Shown here one piece after another: positions 41,521 through 51,149 of a DNA stretch of 64,000 nucleotides. The position numbers were made by a program, and so were the translations under genes. Position 1 is the stretch's first letter. The number at the start of each line of letters is the position of its first letter. Source of the DNA: Nitrosopumilaceae archaeon (GTDB lineage: Archaea; Thermoproteota; Nitrososphaeria; Nitrososphaerales; Nitrosopumilaceae); assembly GCA_965214835.1 (NCBI GenBank), contig CBDCCK010000002.1, positions 704,001 to 768,000 on the forward strand, in the 5' to 3' direction. The notes under the pieces were generated by a model. It was not told the DNA's origin. It saw nothing but the letters and a program-made list of their open reading frames with translations, and did not search any database.

Positions 41521-42072
41521 TCAGCGCCCTGAGGCGTGCTTTGCCAGACTGTCTGCCAGCTCCTCGTAATGCCGGCGGGTCTTGCCAATCTCCCCGAGCT
41601 TGGCATCCTCGATCTCATGAAGCTCCCGGTCTACCTGCGATGCGACATGCTGCAGCCGGGCCTCGGCCATCATGAACAGCCGGTTGTTCTCCTTCCACAG
41701 GTGCTCTGTAACGTGCTGGATGTACCGGTCCATTACGGCAATCAGGCCTGTAGCATCGCCGGAATCCAGGTACCGCCTTGCGGCATCTGCCATCTCCCCC
41801 GCAATCTCCCTCTGGCGCTCATGATCCATCAGCATCATTGCAATCGGCCCCATGTTCCTGGGCATCCCGGCCTTTTCCAGCGACGGAAACAGCGATCCCT
41901 CCTCCTTGCCGTGATGGCACACGTCCGTAAAGTTGGTTGAAAAGTCAATCACCTGTGCCAGTATCGGCTCTGGAATCTGTCTTCCATCACGCAGCATCTG
42001 AGCGGTGGACTCCATGGCCCTGAGTACCTTGTCTATCAGATCATGATCCCTTCTCAGCGATGCAGTCGACAT
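41521..42072 (-). CDS. Hemerythrin-domain protein
   Basis: DH, HHGKEE..LFP, DH, HLWKEN..LF. Confidence 0.9.
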   Translation of the reverse strand: MSTASLRRDHDLIDKVLRAMESTAQMLRDGRQIPEPILAQVIDFSTNFTDVCHHGKEEGSLFPSLEKAGMPRNMGPIAMMLMDHERQREIAGEMADAARRYLDSGDATGLIAVMDRYIQHVTEHLWKENNRLFMMAEARLQHVASQVDRELHEIEDAKLGEIGKTRRHYEELADSLAKHASGR

Positions 42073-42377
42073 GAGTCAAGTTCCCCGGGTGCTTGGTATA
42101 TGTGATTCGCCTGTACCAACTAAGTGAAATGTGAGTGGAAATTGTTTTTGCCTTGCTGGTGGACATAACTTGAGGCGTCGTCTTCCTACTCACCGTCTGT
42201 TTTTACTTGGTTTTTTGGCACATTTCACTTGGCTAATAACGGCTCATACTCCTACAGCGTTCCAGATCCACGGTTGCATTCAGCAGTTACCTGCCGGTCT
42301 AATTCCACTAGGGCTACTTAGATGACCTTCTGTGTAACAGAGTCCAGTATTTTCTGATAAAACTGTTCTGACGCAGT

Positions 42378-42716
42378 GGGACTGGTAAGTTAACGGGAGT
42401 TGATTTCTCTTGGAAAACATCGGGAGCTGGTATGGGCGTTCTGGATTATCGTCTTCCATTTATTCTCGCCCTGAACCCTGATTCTGGCCCTGTCTGCCGC
42501 TGTGTCGCCGTCAAGACCCTGATGCGGCCTGTGCGGTCGTGTTGCCAGGCAGCACGGAGCGCACCGCCAGGATTCTGGTGTATGCCCTGTTATTCTTCTC
42601 GGCATGCATGGCATCCGTGAGGATTTTCGTCTTGTCCATACCAAGGGGCCGTGGCGGAGATCCATAAACCTTCACAGGGCGTGCAATCAGGCGAAATTTT
42701 CAATGATCGTCAGTAT
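42378..42716. mobile_element. Chimeric remnant: IS6 3' end fused to IS630 5' end
   Basis: GGGACTGGTAAG end and NKWKTIIQNA as at 63514-63735; right part matches ~23208-23382. Confidence 0.75.
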
Positions 42717-42719
42717 GGA

Positions 42720-43279
42720 TTATCTGATTGTGTTTTGTAATTCAGGAAATATGTCGGCGTACATCATGGTGTATTTGTTACCATCTTCAATTATTTCTGC
42801 CTCTTGAAAGTCAGGTTGCAGATAGAACTCTTTTGCCTCTTTTGTAAATAATACAATGTATCTGCATCCTATCTGTTTGGCAATTTTTCTTGCCAATCCA
42901 CTACACCACAATAAAACATATTCGCCAAAACCGCACCTTCTTGATGGCTTGTCTATGCAAAATTCTTGAATGATCACTGCTGGAAAAAATGAGCCATCTC
43001 TGCTTCTGGGTCTTGCTTTTTTAAATATGTGATTTTTGTGTATGCTTGATGTCGACAGCGTTATGTAACCAATTGGTTTTCTTTTGTACCTTATCACATA
43101 TGTAGTACCGAGATGCTTTTCTTGCATGCCCACTGCATCCTTGTCTATGAATCTTTGAAGTCTCTGAGTATCTTTGCCGTAGTCATCAGTACGTCCAGAC
43201 ATAGTTTATGTCTTTTTGAAAGTTGACTATAATACATCTCGTGTGGATCGACTCTAAACCTAATGCTTTCTGACAACAT
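42720..43279 (-). pseudogene. GNAT acetyltransferase toxin-like gene, probable frameshift near 43200
   Basis: IGYITL, PAV.I....D...RR.G.G..L, GCRYI, A.EFY; upstream ATG at 43279 is in another frame. Confidence 0.65.
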
Positions 43280-43305
43280 GTAACTTTAGAGAATTAGATC
43301 TTTAA

Positions 43306-43473
43306 TTATTTTTTTGCAGTTCGTTTCTTTACTACTTTCTTACAGCGATCCTTGTAATATTCGTCTGCTCTTTTGAAGAATTCAATCTCTTTTTTTGTAG
43401 CCTTGCGCCTCATATATTTGTCAAAGTTCTCGGCATTCTTGCCTTCCAGTACGATTGGTTTGTTTGGAATCAT
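43306..43473 (-). CDS. Small basic protein, putative antitoxin (55 aa, not in ORF track)
   Basis: MIPNKPIVLEGKNAENFDKYM...; directly upstream of the GNAT gene. Confidence 0.6.
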   Translation of the reverse strand: MIPNKPIVLEGKNAENFDKYMRRKATKKEIEFFKRADEYYKDRCKKVVKKRTAKK

Positions 43474-43947
43474 TCTTGACTTTCTCCTCTCACGGATGGA
43501 ATACTGGCAAAACTCCTTATTAACCCAGTCTTAGAATTCCTGCTCGGGTTGCTAAGATTGGCTTTATTGACAAAAACCGATCTACTTTTCCCCATTGCAA
43601 GACATACAGTTGGGAATACTATAAGCATTGCCTAAACTGCACCCTGGCTACGGCGGGGGTGTTTTTATCATGTGTTCAACAAACTAGATTTTTTGCACGG
43701 AAACTTTTGCGTGTTGCTATAGATCATATGCATAGTCAAGGACAAAAAGATCCGACCATTTTCAAACCAAATCCGTGCCTCTGATTGGCTAAAAATGAGC
43801 GGATCATTATGGCCGGCACTACGCGTGTTCAATCGAACTGCCATAATTCCTTACGTCTATTCCATCTGATCCATTTTGGTCGTCAAATTTAACGCAATTT
43901 ACGCGACTGGCCATGCTTATTATTAATATTTTTATTCAATTTAAATT

Positions 43948-45570
43948 GTAAGAGTTTACCCCTCATCCGTATAATTTAGATTGAGCACAAGGCCAATTTT
44001 TGATCACCATCTGGATCCATATGCATCCAGATCACACCTGTATTCATTGCCTGATTCAGAGACCAAGATACTACGCGACGAGTTGGCCCGCACCATAGCC
44101 GAATTAGGCAGGAAGGACAGGATCATCGCAGACAAGGATCAGACGATAACCATGCTTGTCGAACAGATGGCCGAGTCCTCGGTGACAATCGTGATGCAGG
44201 CATCACAGATCAGCTGGTACAGGCAAAAGGGACCAGAGGGGGTAGCAGCATCTGAGGCGCAGACTGCCGAACTGAAAGCAGAAAACCAGCAGCTCAGACA
44301 GCACATCAAATATTACGAAAACCCGCACACCCCATCCTCGCAGAACTCGATTCCGACCAAGCAGAAAAAGACTGCTGCTGCAAAGGCATCAGGCAACGTA
44401 CCGGCATCTGCAAAGGCAAAGCCGGGCCGCAGGCAGGGACACGAGGGGATATCACACAAGAGAATGCCGACCGAATTTGTAAAGCACTGCCCCAAAAAGT
44501 GCGGCAAGTGCGGCAGCACCAACATGAAGAAGCCGAAAAAGATCTTCTCCAAACTTGTGACCGATACCCCCAGGAGGCCCGAGCCGGTCACGACACAGCA
44601 CACCGCATACAGGCGCAAATGCGCCGACTGCGGCAACATGTGCATCGAAGACGACAGGTCATGGAACGTGCCGGGAACCGAGTTTGGACCAAACATCACG
44701 GGGATGATGGCCGCAATACGCGTGGCACCTGCCTCCATACAGGCCACGGCCACACTGTGCTCAGAAATCCTGGGCATGGACGTCTCAGAGGCAGGCGTGC
44801 TGCAGTGCCTGAGGGCCGGTGCCAATGCGATAAAGCCCAGCGTAGAGGGCATCAAGCAGGCCATCAAGGATTCTGATTATCTGCATATTGACGAGACTGC
44901 CATGCCATACAACGGCAGGACGGCCCGCATATGGGTAATAGTAGGCAGGAACAAGGACGGCACCACAACCGGCGTCCACACGCTGGCCGCACCCAGTAGA
45001 GGCAGGGCCGTAGTTGACATGAACTTTCCGTATTATGACAAACCGGTCACAGTCGACGGGTACGGCGTATACGCCGCATTCAAGACCAGGCAGTGGTGCT
45101 GGGCCCACATACTCCGGGAGGCCAGGGAGGCCTGCAAGGCTTCTAGGCAGGCCCACGCGCTGTATGTGGCCCTTAAGAAAAAGTTCATCCATGCCAAGGG
45201 GCTGGGGCCGCCGGAGGAGGGCGCCGCCCGGCACGACATGCTGGTGGCAGAAACGCGCGGGCTGGCCGAGGCATTCGGCATGGAGGCCGGATGCGAGAGC
45301 TTTGCCACAAAGCTTGGGAACGCCTCGGAATACTTGTACACGTTCACATTGCATCCTGGCATGGAGCCCACCAACAACCTGGCCGAGCGCATGCTGAGGC
45401 CGTCCGTAATTGCGCGCAAGGTATTCCAGGGACTCCGTACCATGGAAGGCATGGAGATGTTCACCGTATTGATGACGTGCGCGATGAACTGGCGCGCCCG
45501 GGGGTGCGGCGTGAGGGAAATGCTCGTCAAGACCCTGACTGGCAGCGTCGCCTGAGGGGTAAACTCATAC
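43948..45570 (+). mobile_element. IS66-family element (second type)
   Basis: TIRs GTAAGAGTTTACCCCTCA / TGAGGGGTAAACTCATAC; direct repeat atttaaatt. Confidence 0.92.
43981..45555 (+). CDS. IS66 transposase
   Basis: NPHTPSS, PG..GH.G, two CxxC, HIDET, VDGY, CWAHILRE, EPTNNLAER. Confidence 0.92.
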   Translation: MSTRPIFDHHLDPYASRSHLYSLPDSETKILRDELARTIAELGRKDRIIADKDQTITMLVEQMAESSVTIVMQASQISWYRQKGPEGVAASEAQTAELKAENQQLRQHIKYYENPHTPSSQNSIPTKQKKTAAAKASGNVPASAKAKPGRRQGHEGISHKRMPTEFVKHCPKKCGKCGSTNMKKPKKIFSKLVTDTPRRPEPVTTQHTAYRRKCADCGNMCIEDDRSWNVPGTEFGPNITGMMAAIRVAPASIQATATLCSEILGMDVSEAGVLQCLRAGANAIKPSVEGIKQAIKDSDYLHIDETAMPYNGRTARIWVIVGRNKDGTTTGVHTLAAPSRGRAVVDMNFPYYDKPVTVDGYGVYAAFKTRQWCWAHILREAREACKASRQAHALYVALKKKFIHAKGLGPPEEGAARHDMLVAETRGLAEAFGMEAGCESFATKLGNASEYLYTFTLHPGMEPTNNLAERMLRPSVIARKVFQGLRTMEGMEMFTVLMTCAMNWRARGCGVREMLVKTLTGSVA

Positions 45571-45618
45571 ATTTAAATTGAAATAATCCATAAAAAATAA
45601 ACTTGGCAGAACTAGGCA

Positions 45619-46203
45619 ATGACTAGAACAACGACAACCATGCTGTTGGGCATCATAGCAGCATTGGCGATAGGTATCACTGCACCGGCATACGCAAATC
45701 ATGGCACGGGTAGCGGGTATTGGTCGGACGGAAGCGTCACGTACCATTGCATGGACTCGTTAGACGATTTGAGCACAACTTCAAACGTCGACCCGTGCAG
45801 CGACATTGCCGAAGCTGTAGAGGCATGGAACGATGTAGATTCCTCGTTCGAATTAAGCGAAGTTCAAAGCAACGGCGAATCGACGTACGGCGCACAGAAC
45901 TTGGCATCATATGTCCGGGGAGTCAACTCAAACACCGTTTCAAACTCGGGCGGTTCAACAATGACGTATGCAGACATATCCTTCAACACGGATCACACGT
46001 GGGCCGACAGGGTCGGCGGCGATTGGTGGAAGGTCTGGCTTTGCCATGACTTCATAAGCGTGGCGACGCACGAATCAGGACATACGGTAAGGCTGACACA
46101 TGATTCAGCCTCAACGCTGATGAAAGGCTCACACAGTTGCGGCGAGGTTTACCGTACACTGTCAGATCACGACGAGGCCGCCGTGGAGGCAAAATACCCA
46201 TGA
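45619..46203 (+). CDS. Secreted matrixin-like zinc metallopeptidase
   Basis: Signal peptide; HESGHTVRLTH; Met-turn TLM. Confidence 0.8.
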   Translation: MTRTTTTMLLGIIAALAIGITAPAYANHGTGSGYWSDGSVTYHCMDSLDDLSTTSNVDPCSDIAEAVEAWNDVDSSFELSEVQSNGESTYGAQNLASYVRGVNSNTVSNSGGSTMTYADISFNTDHTWADRVGGDWWKVWLCHDFISVATHESGHTVRLTHDSASTLMKGSHSCGEVYRTLSDHDEAAVEAKYP

Positions 46204-46766
46204 CTTCCAAAAAGATAGCAATCCCATTACTGGTTGTTGCTGTTTTGATACCGGCAGTTTTGGTGTTTGTCAATTCTGATGCAGGACTACAGGCAAACGA
46301 GACGATCGTCACGACTGTAAGCCTTGACGAGGACACGTTGGATTTTGCCACGCTGACAGGGGGTAGCGACTTGATAATTGAGGGGAACATTTTGCATTCG
46401 CACGTGTTCACGAAACCCGTACACGATGACCAGGCATTCCCTGACATATACACGAAATACGAGATCAAGGTTGCAAACGTTCTGAAAGGCGAGACCGATC
46501 AGGACACAGTCACAATCGTGACCCACGGAGGCGAATTCAACGACCGGATTTCCGTGACGGAGGCGGTGCCGATCAAGGATACCGATACAGTGATCCTGTT
46601 TCTGGAAAAGAACGGAGCCCACTACACAGATACAGAAGACTACAATCCGATTGCACCGATACAAGGCGTGTTTCTCGTAAAAGACGACATCGTGAAATCC
46701 GGCGCATACAGTGACGTCGGCAAGTCAGATCTTATAGACGCAATCGACACAGCCAAACAAAACTAA
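46200..46766 (+). CDS. Membrane-anchored partner protein
   Basis: ATGA overlap with the peptidase stop; N-terminal TM; poly-T tract downstream. Confidence 0.75.
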   Translation: MTSKKIAIPLLVVAVLIPAVLVFVNSDAGLQANETIVTTVSLDEDTLDFATLTGGSDLIIEGNILHSHVFTKPVHDDQAFPDIYTKYEIKVANVLKGETDQDTVTIVTHGGEFNDRISVTEAVPIKDTDTVILFLEKNGAHYTDTEDYNPIAPIQGVFLVKDDIVKSGAYSDVGKSDLIDAIDTAKQN

Positions 46767-46900
46767 CCACACCCTTTTCTTTTTTTTGTACCCATGCTTG
46801 TAAAAAATGTCTTGAAAGCTCTATTTCACCCCAGATGTCACGGTGTCATTCCGCTAGATACCACGACGTGCCTGATTGAAAACGACATGAAGCAACACTA

Positions 46901-48616
46901 GACCTTATGCGTAAACGAAATTAGCGGCGATGCCCCCGGCGCACGGGCTACAAATGAGGCAAGTCAGGGCCGGCGCACGCGCGACTGTACCTTACAACGT
47001 TGAAAATATTTGATCAAAACCACAACTATTTTCAGACGATTGATTTAGATCCGGGATCCATTCTCGCATAAGAGTAATGGCAAAGTCCGAGACCGAGCAG
47101 ATACGACTGCTGAAGAAGAGAATCGAGCAGTACGAGAAGGAGAAGGTACAGGACAGGAAGGAGAAGGCGCGGGACAAAAAGAAGATCAAGAAGTATGAGA
47201 AGAGGATCAAGAGGCACGAGAAGAAGAGCAGGCAGGACAGGAAGGAGAAGGCGCGGGACAGGACGGAGAGGATGCAGTACAGGAAGGAGATCAGAGAGTA
47301 CGAGAAGAAGAGCAGGCAGGACGGCAGGAGGCAGGAGCGGGATCAGGAGAGGATAGGGCAGCTGGAACAGCAGCTGGACGCCGAGCGCCGGATGTGGCCC
47401 GCAACCTGGGATGACGACAGGCGCTCCGCGGACAACGCCGCCCTCATGCACAGGCTCGAGGTGCTCGATGACATAATCGGTGGCGGGTCCCTGCAGCCCA
47501 CCACGTCGATGAACCTCCGCCAGTTTGACTACATATATGACCGGTTTACGAAGCTTGCCAAAAAGCACACAGAAGGCCCCCTGTTCTCAGAAGACGAGGA
47601 CAACTTGCCCGGAAACCGGTGCAAGCTGTCCTACCGCCACGCCCTGCTGATGTCGCTGATGCGCAAGTACGGAAACCCGACACAGGAGCAGCTTGCGGCA
47701 TTCTTTGGCATAGACCAGAGCACCGTATGCAGGTACCTCAGGTATTGCGACATGATATTCACCAAGATACTGCCCACGCCGGACGCCGTATCGCGAAAGA
47801 TACGAAACGCCCGCACGATCAAGGAAGTCAAGAAGATCGTCCCGGATCTGACCGTGATTGTAGACGGCACGCACATCGACATACAGCGCCCCACAGACAA
47901 GGAGCCAAGAAAGGAGGCATACTCTGGCAAGAAGAAGAGCTTTACGCGCAACACCCAGGTGATTGCCGACAAGAAGGGACTGGCGATGTATGCAAGCAAG
48001 TCGGCGCCCGGAAGCACGCACGACCTCACCATGATAAAGAACAACCCACCGGATCTGGGAATCCTGACTGCCAGGATGCGCAGCAACAGAAAGCACCCCG
48101 AGGACGAGAAGGTAAAGATGTTCTCTGATCTGGGATACATGGGAATCGAGGAGGTGTATCCCGGGGCCACATCCGTGCAGCCCGACAAGAAGCCAAGGAA
48201 AGGCAAGCTTACAAAGAAACAGAAAGCGCAGAACAGGAGGATAAGCAGCAAGAGGGTGACAGTAGAGCACGCCATAGGACGGATAAAGCAGTACAAGCGG
48301 ATGCGTGATCCGTACGACGGGACCGCCGAGGAGTTCGACAGGGAGTTCCAGGTGACGGCCGGGCTTGCCAACTTTAGGCTGCTGTGGGACAAGCGGAACA
48401 AGAAGCTCATGCATGGGTTCTGATACCACGATACGGAGCGCATTGCGGCGCCACACGATGCCGCACGACATTGTCGTTTTTACCAGCTGTAATGGCTCGT
48501 AGCTACACTATATACGGACTGTGCCGCCCTCATGCACGTCATGTGATGCCGTCAGCCTTGCATGTATGGCCGGTCACCGTCGGAATATTTCGATCCGGTC
48601 GATTACGCATAAGGTC
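46901..48616 (+). mobile_element. IS5/ISL2-like element, copy A2
   Basis: TIRs and TA flanks; near-identical to A1. Confidence 0.92.
47077..48423 (+). CDS. DDE_Tnp_4 transposase
   Basis: Near-identical to 1222-2562, two codons longer. Confidence 0.92.
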   Translation: MAKSETEQIRLLKKRIEQYEKEKVQDRKEKARDKKKIKKYEKRIKRHEKKSRQDRKEKARDRTERMQYRKEIREYEKKSRQDGRRQERDQERIGQLEQQLDAERRMWPATWDDDRRSADNAALMHRLEVLDDIIGGGSLQPTTSMNLRQFDYIYDRFTKLAKKHTEGPLFSEDEDNLPGNRCKLSYRHALLMSLMRKYGNPTQEQLAAFFGIDQSTVCRYLRYCDMIFTKILPTPDAVSRKIRNARTIKEVKKIVPDLTVIVDGTHIDIQRPTDKEPRKEAYSGKKKSFTRNTQVIADKKGLAMYASKSAPGSTHDLTMIKNNPPDLGILTARMRSNRKHPEDEKVKMFSDLGYMGIEEVYPGATSVQPDKKPRKGKLTKKQKAQNRRISSKRVTVEHAIGRIKQYKRMRDPYDGTAEEFDREFQVTAGLANFRLLWDKRNKKLMHGF

Positions 48617-48691
48617 TACTGTAAGGAAAACCGCCGACGGCAGACTTGAAAGGCACAACCAAGACGACCCAAATTCACGATCTGTGCATGA

Positions 48692-49231
48692 TCAATTCTT
48701 CTTGCGCGCGTAGATTCTGTCTATTATCACCCCGACTACCACTATTGCCAAACCAACCACCAAGGCACTTGGCAAGTCCAAGATAACGTCAGAATCTGAA
48801 TCCACACCATAATCAGTCTGGACGTTCAATACATGCAACGCTAGCGGCATTAGACCTGTAATGCCGAGCGCCACGAACTTCACACTGCCGCGAAGAATTC
48901 GTTTCAGGAATCTGGCTTCGTCCTTGTTTTGGGTTCCGGGCAGCACCAGCAAACCCTTTGCTATTCTGAAATGCCTGCGCTCTACACCCTTCCTGATAAT
49001 TTTCTTACTGGTGATCTCTAGCAGGCCTATTGATTCCATCTTGTGCAGGTGGTGGACCACCAAGTTGGGGCGAAGTTCAAGATCCCTTGCGATTTCATTG
49101 GCATACATGGTCCGGTCAATCAACGCCTTGATCATTTTGCGACTGGATTCGTTGCCAAGGAGCTCGCCAAGAATCTTCAAGGATTCGTCGGTGGATAAAA
49201 CCTTGATCTCGTCATTTCCTTCTTCGTCCAC
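48692..49231 (-). CDS. ArsR-type wHTH regulator with C-terminal TM helices
   Basis: LGN.SSR.., EIA..L...LV.HHL.KM...GLL; two hydrophobic segments. Confidence 0.8.
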   Translation of the reverse strand: MDEEGNDEIKVLSTDESLKILGELLGNESSRKMIKALIDRTMYANEIARDLELRPNLVVHHLHKMESIGLLEITSKKIIRKGVERRHFRIAKGLLVLPGTQNKDEARFLKRILRGSVKFVALGITGLMPLALHVLNVQTDYGVDSDSDVILDLPSALVVGLAIVVVGVIIDRIYARKKN

Positions 49232-49373
49232 ATCGTTGGGTTGAAACCATGAACCCTAAATACCATTCCACGACCTAATTCAAAGATCGATTGGTCTGGA
49301 GTTGCAGGACTGACCGTCATGACCTGCGAGTTTGAGCAAATTTCAGGCTGTCATGATAACTGATGATGATTTT

Positions 49374-49480
49374 GTGAACTACCAACGACTAAAGCCGTTG
49401 GCTTCCTCGTTCAACGAGCCGGCTTGACCATGGCGATTTGTCATGACCAGAGGCCTTCTCTCCGGAGGCGTGACTTTCCC
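49374..49480 (-). mobile_element. IS200/IS605 right end / TnpB omega-RNA remnant
   Basis: Minus strand ends GAAGCCAACGGCTTTAGTCGTTGGTAGTTCAC, the subterminal hairpin plus TTCAC. Confidence 0.7.
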
Positions 49481-49633
49481 GCGTCCCACAGACAAGGATC
49501 CAAGAAAGGAGGCGTACTCGGGCAAGAAGAAGAGCTTTACGCGCAACGTCCAGGTACTGGCCGACAAGAGGGACCTGACGATGTATGCAAGCGAGTCGGC
49601 TCCCGGAAGCGCGCACGACCTCACCATGATAAG
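49481..49633 (+). pseudogene. Internal fragment of family A transposase
   Basis: RPTDKDPRKEAYSGKKKSF...HDLTMI matches A1/A2. Confidence 0.85.
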
Positions 49634-51044
49634 GGACAACTCGCTTTCTACGCTGCCCCTGCGGCAGATAATTCCGGATGATGACGCCAACTGGCTGAAC
49701 CAGACAGACAACGACTTTGATGAATTGGTTCCAGTCATAGATACGGATGGCGGAACTTCGCTGTTTAGGACACTGTTGATGGGATCAACGTCAGGTCGAG
49801 ACGAGTGGGTATGTGACTTTACTAAATCATCACTTCAGAGCAAGATGAAATACTTTGCTAAATTTTACAATGACACAATTAAAAAATATAATGAAGAGAA
49901 ACTAGATGGTGATCTAAAAGACTGGGTGGATAAGAAGATCAAATGGGGTAGGGAAATTATTAAACGATTGAAGCATGGAGATGAAATAGTCTACTCTGAC
50001 ACCAACATCAAAAATCTACTGTATAGACCGTTTGTATTAAAATTTCATTATTTTGATAGGATAATAGTCGATTATCAAAGAAAGTTCCCACAAATTTTTA
50101 AAGATAACAACCCAAACAAAATCATTTGTTTTGTAAACCCGCAAAATAATTCAACATTCCAAACCTTGGCAACTAATCAGATTGCAGAATATCATCTAAC
50201 TGACACGACACAATGTATTCCGCTTCATACATACGATATGGATAATTACAGTTCCAGCAATGTGACAGAATCTGGACTAGAACTATTCCAAAAACATTAC
50301 AAGGACAAAACGATAACTGATGAAGACATATTCTACTACACCTACGCCATCTTCAGCGATCCAAAATACTCTGGCAAATACAAGTTTAACCTGCAGCGCA
50401 AATTTCCGCGAATCCCGCTGGCTGAGAATTTCAGGGAGTGGGTGAGGATAGGTCAGAGGCTGTACATCCTGCATACGGAGTTTGAGGATGCAGAGCCTTA
50501 CGCGTTGCACAGAATAGACAAAAAAACCCGCAAAAATGGCACCAAGCTAAGACTGAAAAAATCCGACGAAAACCAATCTGTGATAATAATAGATGAGCAG
50601 ACCGTCCTTGACGGTGTCCCAAGCCAGGCTTTGGAATACAAGCTCGGTTCAAAGTGTGCACTGGAGTGGATTCTGGAGTTCTACAAGGAATCAAAGAACG
50701 TCATAAAAGAAAAGTCATGCGATGATCCCGCAATACGCGAGAGATTCAACACGTACAGGTTTGCAGACCACAAGGAGCATGTCATAGACCTGCTGCAAAG
50801 GGTTACCACGGTCTCGGTAGAGACAGTGAAGCTGCAGCGAGAACTCGAAAGAATGCCCTGGGGGGAACAGCCAAAACCATACCTTGGAAAATCTGACGTC
50901 AGTGTCGACAAGGCAACGAAAAAACCGCAAATGAGGAAATCCAAACAGCCCAAAAAGCCAAAAGTCGCAAAGAAGAACAGAAGGAAATCCGGGCTCCAGG
51001 ACACGCTTGACGGATCCGGGCAGAAAAGGCTGTTTGGGAACTAG
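49634..51044 (+). pseudogene. Orphan Type ISP-like specificity cassette 3
   Basis: Open frame homologous to 61149-62565 (WLNQTDNDF, YRPF, FPRIPL, ALEWILE) with different variable loops. Confidence 0.85.
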
Positions 51045-51141
51045 GCCACGGCAGAGTCACATACAGCCCAGCTCCCTAAGTTAACGCCAGAAACCCCTAA
51101 CTTAACACCCCGCTGAAAAGCCCCGAAGATTTACCAGAGTA

Positions 51142-51149
51142 CTAAACTG
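51142..51149 (+). repeat. Left 8-bp direct repeat ctaaactg (probable TSD)
   Basis: Identical to 62704-62711 in direct orientation. Confidence 0.85.

Noticed and set aside
49443-51044. 533-aa ORF as a novel fusion protein
   Set aside because: Chance in-frame join of a TnpB end, a transposase fragment and an R-M fragment
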